Source: Minisyncoccota bacterium
GTDB taxonomy: Bacteria; Patescibacteriota; Minisyncoccia; Phycocordibacterales; UBA918
Direction of reading: 5' to 3'
DNA: 64,000 nt
Assembly (NCBI GenBank): GCA_040879435.1
Contig: JBBDKG010000017.1
Span: 2,060 to 66,059, forward strand
Position 1 is the stretch's first letter; the number at the start of each line of letters is the position of its first letter. The position numbers and the translations under genes were made by a program. This document shows positions 56,502-64,000 of this stretch, piece after piece. The notes under the pieces were generated by a model. That model had not been told where the DNA came from. It worked only from the letters and a program-made list of their open reading frames with translations, and did no database searches.

Positions 56502-57530
56502 CTATTGAAACTGAAGTCCCACCTTCCCTCGTTCAATGGGCCCTCTCAGACTGCCACTACTTCGATCCGCAAGTGATTTAAGGAATGCCTCACGCTCGTA
56601 CCCGTTCATCAGCTGCGGTGCTGTCCGTGATGCTTCGGTCGAAACCGGCAGTAACGTAATCTCGGCTTCATACTGAGTATCAAATGTAATATCGAGAACC
56701 AGCCCTTGCATCACATGTGTACTGAAATACTGGTCAAAGATGAAGTTGCCGAGTGAATAGAAGATCAACGCCTCGTTATACACCTCAACATCCTGCACAA
56801 CGTGCGGATGATGTCCCACCACTAGATCAGCCCCTGCATCAACAAACCGATGTGCGAGCTGCTCCTGTGCCCTGCTGTGCACGAGCTCATACTCGTTTCC
56901 CCAGTGTACATACACAACCTGGAAGTCGCTGCGTGCTTCTGCTTCCCACATCACCTCCTCAATAACCTCTGTCGACGGCAGCACTTCCACTGCGTAGATT
57001 CCCAGAAGCGCAATGGTTAGTTGTTCGGTCTCGATATACGCAATGCTCGTTGTAGCGAGAGAAAATGGTGAACCGAACGGGGTAATACCCGTATTCTCGA
57101 TCACGTGCTTTGTATGAGCAAATCCCACTTTTCCGTAGTCATCGGTGTGATTGTTCGCAAGAGAGAGGTGCGTGATGCGTGCCCCAGCAAGCGCGGGTAT
57201 ATTCTGGGCTGGAACAGAGAACTGCATGGTCATGCTCGGAGTCGGGACATGGACTTCAGGAACGGCTGCTTCGAAGTTGCCAACAACCGTGTTCGCATCA
57301 AAGTGTGACGCCATATGAGAAAAGGGGTAGTCACGACCATATGTGGCCATCTTTCGCTCCACATCACGCGCAAGCATGATGTCGCCAAGAAAGATCATGC
57401 GATATGATTCCTCACTATGCACGCGCTCCGGCAATATCTGCTGATACAGCGATACTTTCTCGTGTGTGAGTGTAGCAAAAACCCCGCCAGCGGCGGCGGC
57501 GGCAAGTATCAAAATACACACTGCTTTCAT
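56502..57530 (-). CDS. CapA/PgsA-family metallophosphatase-like protein
   Basis: Motifs MIFLGDIMLARDV, HWGNEY and GHHPHVVQ are typical of the CapA (PGA_cap) family. N-terminal signal/anchor. Confidence 0.7.
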   Translation of the reverse strand: MKAVCILILAAAAAGGVFATLTHEKVSLYQQILPERVHSEESYRMIFLGDIMLARDVERKMATYGRDYPFSHMASHFDANTVVGNFEAAVPEVHVPTPSMTMQFSVPAQNIPALAGARITHLSLANNHTDDYGKVGFAHTKHVIENTGITPFGSPFSLATTSIAYIETEQLTIALLGIYAVEVLPSTEVIEEVMWEAEARSDFQVVYVHWGNEYELVHSRAQEQLAHRFVDAGADLVVGHHPHVVQDVEVYNEALIFYSLGNFIFDQYFSTHVMQGLVLDITFDTQYEAEITLLPVSTEASRTAPQLMNGYEREAFLKSLADRSSGSLRGPIERGKVGLQFQ

Positions 57531-57568
57531 ACGCTGCTACGGTAGCAACAGTAGAAAGTTTTGCAAGT

Positions 57569-57991
57569 CTACGCGAACGGGTGGAAGAACCCGATCTGGT
57601 AGTACCACATGATACCGAACATCGCTATCGCGGCACACACAGCTGAACATGCAAAGATGATACCCAATTGGATCGTTGACACGGACTGTCGGCGTGCACG
57701 CGCGGCATCAAGATCCGAAAAGTTGATCTCGACATCGATACCTAGCAGTTCCTTGATGGTCTCTGGCTTCAATCGTTCATCAGCAAGCAACACGTTGCAG
57801 CGCGTACTCGGACGCTGTACACCGCAGAGGTCTTTATTCTCATCAACATTTTCATTGCGAAGTGCTGCAATGATACTCTCCGTGTCTTCACACCGTGCGT
57901 AGAGGAGTACCGACTTGATCTCCTCATCGGTGGCGGTTGGTGAAAGCCCATTAATGCGGAGGATCTTTTCAATGTGGCCTTTCGTATACAT
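57569..57991 (-). CDS. hypothetical C-terminally membrane-anchored protein
   Basis: 140 aa with a hydrophobic C-terminal helix (IIFACSAVCAAIAMFGIMWYY). Confidence 0.3.
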   Translation of the reverse strand: MYTKGHIEKILRINGLSPTATDEEIKSVLLYARCEDTESIIAALRNENVDENKDLCGVQRPSTRCNVLLADERLKPETIKELLGIDVEINFSDLDAARARRQSVSTIQLGIIFACSAVCAAIAMFGIMWYYQIGFFHPFA

Positions 57992-58003
57992 AGTGATCGT
58001 TCT

Positions 58004-59053
58004 CTAGCTCGAAACGTTCTTGGCTATATGTTGATTATACAACTCCAAGAGTACGATAAAGAAACTTACCAACACCGGACCAACCACGAAACCAATCGGG
58101 CCAAAGAAGATCACGCCGCCAAGTACCGAAAGCAGGATCAAGAACGGGTGGATCACATTCCCCCGGCTCATAAGATACGGGCCAAGCAGGTTGTCGATCA
58201 ATCCGACCGCAAGCGTTCCCCAGACCGCAAGACCAATGGCTTCAATGTAGCTTCCGGTAAAGAGAAGATAGAGGACGGACGGGATAAAAACGATCGAGGT
58301 ACCCACGCTCGGAATAAGCGCTCCGAATGCAGCAATGGCACCAAGGAGAATTGCGCGTTCAAAACCGAACAAGGTGAGCCCAAGGGCTGTCAGTGTTCCC
58401 TGGATCAGAGCGACGAGAATAGTGCCGGTCGCGACCGAACGGACAGCTACACTCAACCGCCGAAGGATCAACTCATCCTGTGAGTCGGGCAGCGGACTGA
58501 TCTGCACCAGACGCTTGGTAAAGATCTTTCCATCCCTGAAGAAGTAGAACGAAGCGATGATGGCAATGAAGAACAGGAATATGGTCGATGCAGTACCTGC
58601 AAAGATGGCACCCAGGTGTGAAGCCAGCCACTGCGCACCCTGGCGCAAATATTCAGTGAGGTTCAGTTCAAGCCCTGGCACGTACTGCCGACCCGCAGCT
58701 TCGATCGCTTCCACATACTGCACAACAGAAAAGTCCTCACTACTTCCCAAAAGTTGGTAGATAGCGACCGCCTCCCGCAAGATGAGCGACGAGAGCAGGA
58801 GCACCGGGAGGATGACGATGACGAGTACGAGAAGTGTGGTGACCAGTGCAGCAAGCGTTGTGTTGTTGCGGGGCATGTATCGCACAACACGCTCATACAT
58901 TGGGTAACAGATGGTCACAATGACCGCCGCGAGTGCAAGCGCTGAGATAAAGGGAGAGAACATCTGCCAAACCAGGTACCCCACAACACCCATCACGCCG
59001 AAAAAGAACACGTATTCGACTATTCGATTGGAATTCATGAATACATAGTACAA
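58004..59053 (-). CDS. AI-2E family transporter (PerM/UPF0118)
   Basis: 349 aa, about 8 TM, with a typical AI-2E topology and conserved central loop. Confidence 0.7.
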   Translation of the reverse strand: MYYVFMNSNRIVEYVFFFGVMGVVGYLVWQMFSPFISALALAAVIVTICYPMYERVVRYMPRNNTTLAALVTTLLVLVIVILPVLLLSSLILREAVAIYQLLGSSEDFSVVQYVEAIEAAGRQYVPGLELNLTEYLRQGAQWLASHLGAIFAGTASTIFLFFIAIIASFYFFRDGKIFTKRLVQISPLPDSQDELILRRLSVAVRSVATGTILVALIQGTLTALGLTLFGFERAILLGAIAAFGALIPSVGTSIVFIPSVLYLLFTGSYIEAIGLAVWGTLAVGLIDNLLGPYLMSRGNVIHPFLILLSVLGGVIFFGPIGFVVGPVLVSFFIVLLELYNQHIAKNVSS

Positions 59054-59111
59054 CGCATCCCGAAAACTACAAACGCCGTCATGTGACGGCGTTTGTTGTT
59101 CTCACCCCTCC

Positions 59112-59678
59112 CTACCCCTTTATATACAGTTCGAACTCATCAGGTGTCTCCCCTTCCTCTGCTTCAATGAGGTTCAACTCAACAGGCCGTCCCTGAAATT
59201 CAGCAGTGATAGCAGCTTCTGATGAGGCTGTAGCACTCACCTTGAAGCGCTGTGGTGTGATGACCTGTGCACAGAATTCAGCGTTGTTCACCACTTCAAA
59301 CTCAAGTGTGATCTGCTCCGGCATTGATTCAGCGACCCGAGCTGAGCTTTCAAGCAGGTCGCACGGTGTTGGCATTGGAATCTCTCCCACCACTGTGTGT
59401 ACGCCATCGATGTAGAAATGTTTGCCGTCGATACGGTCGATACTTGTATAACGCTCATCCGTCTCCTGCTCGTTCAAGCCGTTCTCGTCACCATTTTCTT
59501 CGGTTTGTGACAAAAAGGCGAACGCGAACATACCGAGCACGACCGCAACGAAGAGTGCCACTGCAAGAATTACCGTTCTGCGGTTCATCCTTTGCTTCGA
59601 CGATTGCATGGTCGTCTGTTCGTCTCGTGGTGTCTGGTCTTGATGTTGCTGTTCCATAACTAATGCGTTAACTGCCAA
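59112..59678 (-). CDS. hypothetical membrane-anchored protein
   Basis: 188 aa with an N-terminal TM helix then an acidic linker and beta-rich domain. The architecture recurs in several genes in this window. Confidence 0.35.
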   Translation of the reverse strand: MAVNALVMEQQHQDQTPRDEQTTMQSSKQRMNRRTVILAVALFVAVVLGMFAFAFLSQTEENGDENGLNEQETDERYTSIDRIDGKHFYIDGVHTVVGEIPMPTPCDLLESSARVAESMPEQITLEFEVVNNAEFCAQVITPQRFKVSATASSEAAITAEFQGRPVELNLIEAEEGETPDEFELYIKG

Positions 59679-59750
59679 AATACGCTCTTCATGAGCGTTT
59701 TCATGTTCCTACCAAACATTATACCATTTTATATGGTATTCGTATGAAGT

Positions 59751-60758
59751 TCACTTCAGAAGCTTTTCAACATCCTTCATCTCCTTCTTCACAAGTGTTT
59801 CAGAGACCTCGAGGACCTGTGTGAGGTTATCCACCACCGCTTTCTCGCCTTTGGTGAGTCGCTTTTGTGCGCGCAAGTTCTGTACCTGCTCACGTATCTC
59901 ATCGCGGAGCGCTTTGAAGACCTTCACCAGCTGTTCCTTCACTTCCTTGACCTCCTCGCGCAGGAGTGCGTTCGCACGACGATGCCGCCGATAGGTTCTA
60001 AACGCGAACCAGAGTGAAAGGAGTGTGACGAGGGTCAGTGCCGAATAGATGAACCCGTCACGGGTGATGACCCCAAGTACAAGCGAATCCTGTGCGATCA
60101 ACCCGTCAACGTCAAAGACAAAGACCGGGAAATGATTTGCCGTACTGTTTCCGGCCATGTCATGTGCGACAGTAATGACCCGATACGTCCCCTCTTCTGT
60201 TTGTGTAAATCGATACCCCAGTTGCGCTTCATGCGGTGTGAGGTGGATCGGTGCTGAGTTGCCGATATACAGTGAGTAGCCGGCGATCCCGGACAGCTGG
60301 TCGCGGGCTGAGAAGGTGATAGTGGAAACGTACGGATAGTCAGGTTCCGGTGTGAGTGTGATACTGAGATCGGTCGGCGGCAACATGTCGATCTTTAGTT
60401 TTCGATACGCGACCTCGCCCCATCCGTATTGGTTGCGGAACTGCACCGCGATAAACTGCGCCCCATTATACAGGTCATCAGGATCAGGAGTGTATGAAGT
60501 GATGGCGGGGGTGAATACCCGCATTGGTTCCGCGTCAGTGGATGTTGCCATCTCGACCGCCACTGACGTCACATCATCCGGCAGCTCCCACGTGAACGAA
60601 CCGATACCCGCGCGATACCACTGTTCAGGATCGGTATACGTGGAAGAAGTGATCACCGGAGCATCTGGAGCCTCCTGCGCACTCACGGAAATAGCACCTC
60701 CGGCAAACGCAAGTGTGAGTATGAAAAGAATGAACCCAGAACGAAGAACCATACGCAT
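59751..60758 (-). CDS. hypothetical secreted/membrane protein (signal peptide, extracellular domain, TM, cytoplasmic coiled coil)
   Basis: 335 aa with an N-terminal signal-like segment, a central ~200-aa domain, a TM helix (ALTLVTLLSLWFAF) and a K/E-rich C-terminal tail. Confidence 0.4.
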   Translation of the reverse strand: MRMVLRSGFILFILTLAFAGGAISVSAQEAPDAPVITSSTYTDPEQWYRAGIGSFTWELPDDVTSVAVEMATSTDAEPMRVFTPAITSYTPDPDDLYNGAQFIAVQFRNQYGWGEVAYRKLKIDMLPPTDLSITLTPEPDYPYVSTITFSARDQLSGIAGYSLYIGNSAPIHLTPHEAQLGYRFTQTEEGTYRVITVAHDMAGNSTANHFPVFVFDVDGLIAQDSLVLGVITRDGFIYSALTLVTLLSLWFAFRTYRRHRRANALLREEVKEVKEQLVKVFKALRDEIREQVQNLRAQKRLTKGEKAVVDNLTQVLEVSETLVKKEMKDVEKLLK

Positions 60759-60761
60759 TCA

Positions 60762-62006
60762 TTATGCCATGACCGTTGGCACCTCACCCCACTTGGTTGT
60801 GTAATGTGGGGATACATGCATCTTGCTCGACTGCCACGCACTTCCGTTCCCAACCCGTCCGATCGTCAGCGTCTGTGCCCCATACCTCTGGTTGAGCGCG
60901 TCAACTGTTCTGAATATCGTGTCGTCGGTCACACTGGTGTCGAACAAAGATCCTGCCTGTTGTGCCTTGGGTATGATATGCGAGAGTACTACCCCCGCCT
61001 TCTTGTATGGAACCTCTGCTTCGTAGAGTTCACGCGTGAGGGCAAGCGCTGCCTTCAAAAGCGTACGCGTGTCGTCTGCTGGTACCGAAAGTCGATACTC
61101 CTTCGTACCACCACGCAGTACCCAGTCACCATGTCGACTTGGCCGAATGAGCACTCGTACCTCGCCGGCAACTGCGTCCATACCACGCAGTTCTTCAGCA
61201 GCGTGGGCGATGTGGTACCCGATGGCATCCTCAAGCACGCGAAGGTCCGTGGTCGCAGACTTGAACGAACGAGTACTCATAATACTGTGCTGAAGTTCTC
61301 CGCTATCGTGAGCGACCGCCTGATGCTCGTTCAATTCCATCTGCAACCGTGCCCCGTGCACGCCGAACTGACGTTGTATGGACCCCGAGTCTGCATACAT
61401 GAGGTCGTGTGCGGTATGGAGAGCATACTCCTTCATCTTTGCTGCGGACTTGCCACCGACCCCCCACACATCGGCAAGCGGAAAGCTCTGTGCTGTCTCG
61501 CGCCATGCTTCTCCCGTTAACACGCAGACACCGTTCTCCTTCTTACCAAGCTCGGTCGCACATTTTGCGATGGTCTTGGTCGCAGCCGCACCAACAGTCA
61601 CCGGAACCCCAACACAACGTTCGACCGTGCGCTTTAGATCTCTCAGCATACTCTCCGCAACTGCGTTATCGGTCGCAGTGAATGAAAAGAATGCTTCGTC
61701 CACTGAGTACTGCTCAATATCGGCAACCTCGTCCTTCAGTACCCGCATCACCCGTGCAGAGATGTCCCGATACAACGGGAAGTTCGAAGAGAACACCTCC
61801 ACACCCGCTTTCCTGAATTCGTTCCGGACCTGAAAGTGAGGGACGCCCATCGGAATGCCGAGCGCCTTCACCTCTTTCGAACGCGCCACAACACACCCGT
61901 CGTTCGAGGAGAGCACAACGACCGGTTTTGCGGCGAGGTCAGGACGGAACAACCGTTCACACGATACAAAAAAATTGTTGCAATCGAGGAGGCAGACGTA
62001 CTTCAT
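60762..62006 (-). CDS. Y-family DNA polymerase (UmuC/DinB-like translesion polymerase)
   Basis: N-terminus MKYVCLLDCNNFFVSCERLF...VVVLSSNDGCVVARSKEVKALGI with catalytic D (LDCNNFF) and DE (SVDEAF) residues. About 414 aa. Confidence 0.8.
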   Translation of the reverse strand: MKYVCLLDCNNFFVSCERLFRPDLAAKPVVVLSSNDGCVVARSKEVKALGIPMGVPHFQVRNEFRKAGVEVFSSNFPLYRDISARVMRVLKDEVADIEQYSVDEAFFSFTATDNAVAESMLRDLKRTVERCVGVPVTVGAAATKTIAKCATELGKKENGVCVLTGEAWRETAQSFPLADVWGVGGKSAAKMKEYALHTAHDLMYADSGSIQRQFGVHGARLQMELNEHQAVAHDSGELQHSIMSTRSFKSATTDLRVLEDAIGYHIAHAAEELRGMDAVAGEVRVLIRPSRHGDWVLRGGTKEYRLSVPADDTRTLLKAALALTRELYEAEVPYKKAGVVLSHIIPKAQQAGSLFDTSVTDDTIFRTVDALNQRYGAQTLTIGRVGNGSAWQSSKMHVSPHYTTKWGEVPTVMA

Positions 62007-62027
62007 ACGCCTATTGTATCGCACTCT

Positions 62028-62897
62028 TTAGTTGTTGTAGTATTCAAACAACGCTTCCACACCAGCCCAGTTCTGCTCCCACTCAATAGTCTCGTGTGTT
62101 GAGAGCTCAACCGTGATCGCCGGTATACCGAGTGTTGCGAGCCAACCTTCCGCATCACCGGTAATTGGATACGCGTCGAATGACTCAATCGCCGGATATC
62201 CCGCCGCCGTCGCGTAGGCATTCATCACCGCACGCGTCTGTGGGAGAACGCCTTCGTGACACTCAGATGCATAGACCGCGTTCGACTGACTGTGCCAGAA
62301 CACCACTGCATCAGGTTCATGTTGGTATACAAAATCGCGAAGCGCTGCCGCTTCAGGTTCCGAGAACGCTGCAGTACCGGCAGACACGGGCTGACTGCGC
62401 CACGTACTTTCTGGTGCCCACTTGCAGTCGAAGTTGCGGTTCAGGTCGACATCGTTCGCGTTGAACCGGCCGGTCCCGTCACCGGGATCATTTACGTCCG
62501 CTCGGGTGAAGCGACCTTCCATGCCCGTAACAGTGTAGAGGCCGTCCGGGTTCGCTACCGGTATGATCGTCACGGTCATATCTTTGGGTATCATCTCAGT
62601 GTTCTCGGTAATGTGGTCAATGGCGGTATATGCCAGCAAAACACTGTTCCATTCATATCCCCCGTGAATGCCACCGACGAACACCAGGTGCGTGTCACCA
62701 TCACCAAGTGTGTATGCTTCAATTGCACGCCCTTCAACTGACGAGCCGATCACCGTACGTTCGAACTCTGGGGTCTCTTCTACCGGAGCGATATAATCAG
62801 GGACATCTGCAGGTCGTGTGGTGACCCATAGCATGACCGCACCCCCGATGAGTGCGGCCACAGCTATCACCAATATGATCCGATTCCGAAAAAGCAT
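62028..62897 (-). CDS. M14-family zinc carboxypeptidase (MpaA/gamma-D-Glu-DAP peptidase-like)
   Basis: Signal/anchor followed by GGIHGGYEWNS (HxxE zinc ligands) and the downstream H/E of the M14 fold. 289 aa. Confidence 0.65.
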   Translation of the reverse strand: MLFRNRIILVIAVAALIGGAVMLWVTTRPADVPDYIAPVEETPEFERTVIGSSVEGRAIEAYTLGDGDTHLVFVGGIHGGYEWNSVLLAYTAIDHITENTEMIPKDMTVTIIPVANPDGLYTVTGMEGRFTRADVNDPGDGTGRFNANDVDLNRNFDCKWAPESTWRSQPVSAGTAAFSEPEAAALRDFVYQHEPDAVVFWHSQSNAVYASECHEGVLPQTRAVMNAYATAAGYPAIESFDAYPITGDAEGWLATLGIPAITVELSTHETIEWEQNWAGVEALFEYYNN

Positions 62898-63835
62898 TAT
62901 TCGTTGGTTGAGTCTTCGTTAGTTTCCTCTTCATCTGAACCGTAGAGCTCGAACATCGCCTCAACACCTGCACGATTCTTTTCCCATTCCACATCGTCGT
63001 GTGTGGTGAGAAGAACACTCACCGCAGGGATACCTTCCTTTGCCATCCAGTTCACCATGTCGCCGGTGATATCGTAGAAATCGAATGATTCATAGGCGCG
63101 ATATCCGGCTGCCTGTGCGTAGAGGTTTGTGAGGGCAGCGGTCTCCGGCAGCACGCTCTTGTGGCAATTCGATGCGAACACACCGCCTGCAGCACTGTAC
63201 CAGACCACCACAGCATGTGGGTCGTTCTCGTTCACGTAGTCCCGCACAGCAGCGCTTTCAGGCTCGGAGAACGCAGCGGAGCCGCCACTGACCGTTTGGC
63301 TCTGCCACATGCTCTCTTCTGACCAGTCACACTCAAAGTTGCGGTTCAGGTCGACGTTGTTCGCGTTGAACCGTCCGGCGATACGCTCAGATGCTGACGA
63401 GGGAACATCAGATGGTGAGAATCGTTCGGCAGTACCGACCGTTTGCTCAAGCCCGTCTGGGTTCATGACCGGAATGACAGTAACGGTCACGTTGTCCGGG
63501 ATGTTCTCTGGATTTGCCGCAAGGTAGTCCATGAGCTCATACGCGACCAGCGACGTATTCCACGAGTACCCGCCGTGAATGCCACCAATGAACAAGAGTT
63601 CGGTGTCTCCGGTCCCGTAGTGGTACGCGACGATATTCCGCGACTCTACCGAAGTACCGATAACGGTCTCTGGTTCGAACTCATCTGTCTCTCCTTCCGT
63701 GGTATCCGGTGTCTGTTCTGTATTCTCCTGATCCGTGGTGTTCATGTCCCCTTCCGAAGATTGCTTGTTAAGGAAATAGAATACGCCACCAAGAAGAACA
63801 GCGACCCCGACTGCGATCAATATATAGTTTCTCAT
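62897..63835 (-). CDS. M14-family zinc carboxypeptidase, tandem paralog
   Basis: Same motifs (GGIHGGYSWNT; RFNANNVDLNRNFECDW vs RFNANDVDLNRNFDCKW) with an acidic C-terminal tail. The stop abuts the start of the downstream paralog. Confidence 0.65.
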   Translation of the reverse strand: MRNYILIAVGVAVLLGGVFYFLNKQSSEGDMNTTDQENTEQTPDTTEGETDEFEPETVIGTSVESRNIVAYHYGTGDTELLFIGGIHGGYSWNTSLVAYELMDYLAANPENIPDNVTVTVIPVMNPDGLEQTVGTAERFSPSDVPSSASERIAGRFNANNVDLNRNFECDWSEESMWQSQTVSGGSAAFSEPESAAVRDYVNENDPHAVVVWYSAAGGVFASNCHKSVLPETAALTNLYAQAAGYRAYESFDFYDITGDMVNWMAKEGIPAVSVLLTTHDDVEWEKNRAGVEAMFELYGSDEEETNEDSTNE

Positions 63836-63897
63836 ACACCCATTCTACCACAAACGCACTATATGGCCTAAAATAAGGGTTTTGTATGCAAAAATGG

Positions 63898-64000
63898 TCA
63901 GAACTGACGTACACTCCCGACCACTGCGCCCCAGATATAGCAGTCATCGTTCTCCGACACAACGATCGGTTCATATTCCTCGTTCTCTGAAACGAGTGTG
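63898..64000 (-). CDS. 3' end of an unidentified CDS continuing beyond the window
   Basis: Open minus-strand frame ...EYEPIVVSENDDCYIWGAVVGSVRQF* ending at the TGA at 63898-63900. An alternative 34-aa plus-strand ORF overlaps, so this is ambiguous. Confidence 0.2.
   Translation of the reverse strand, partial: TLVSENEEYEPIVVSENDDCYIWGAVVGSVRQF

Noticed and set aside
63768-63974. 68-aa minus-strand ORF at the window end from the track
   Set aside because: Its composition (Cys/Arg/Trp-rich) is not protein-like. A different minus-strand frame (ending 63898) and a 34-aa plus-strand ORF are equally possible, so only a low-confidence partial CDS was reported.

Overview
This is a dense bacterial chromosomal segment of about 55% GC that uses the standard genetic code, and roughly 90% of its genes lie on the minus strand. 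Recognisable housekeeping blocks are the 3' part of the ribosomal alpha/spc supercluster (infA-rpmJ-rpsM-rpsK-rpsD-rpoA-rplQ-rplM), alaS, leuS, ychF, a complete F1Fo ATP synthase operon (atpBEFHAGDC), tRNA-Ala(UGC), ddl, tgt and mnmA, and all three nucleotide-excision-repair genes (uvrC, uvrA, uvrB) lie within about 7 kb. A second DNA-repair gene string runs PD-(D/E)xK/Cas4-like nuclease, ogt, ung, HD hydrolase. An ATP-cone::Mrr-type nuclease fusion, a free-standing RNA polymerase alpha-CTD-like protein, an RND efflux pair and a Y-family polymerase are also present. Many genes encode single-TM or polytopic hypothetical membrane proteins. Several housekeeping proteins are reduced-domain forms (short alaS, uvrC, atpH), and a sigma70-region4 + HARE-HTH protein is present. 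Together these are compatible with a streamlined, possibly Patescibacteria/CPR-like, bacterium, but that is inference only. I saw no CRISPR array, rRNA, reverse transcriptase or obvious transposase. The most noteworthy items are the ATP-cone::Mrr nuclease, the alkylation/uracil repair operon with an Fe-S PD-(D/E)xK nuclease, the standalone alpha-CTD protein with a shared TTGACAAC...TGATGTATCTT promoter architecture, a structured 290-bp intergenic region with palindromic ATGCGCAT repeats, and several micro-ORFs or sRNA candidates bracketed by intrinsic terminators.
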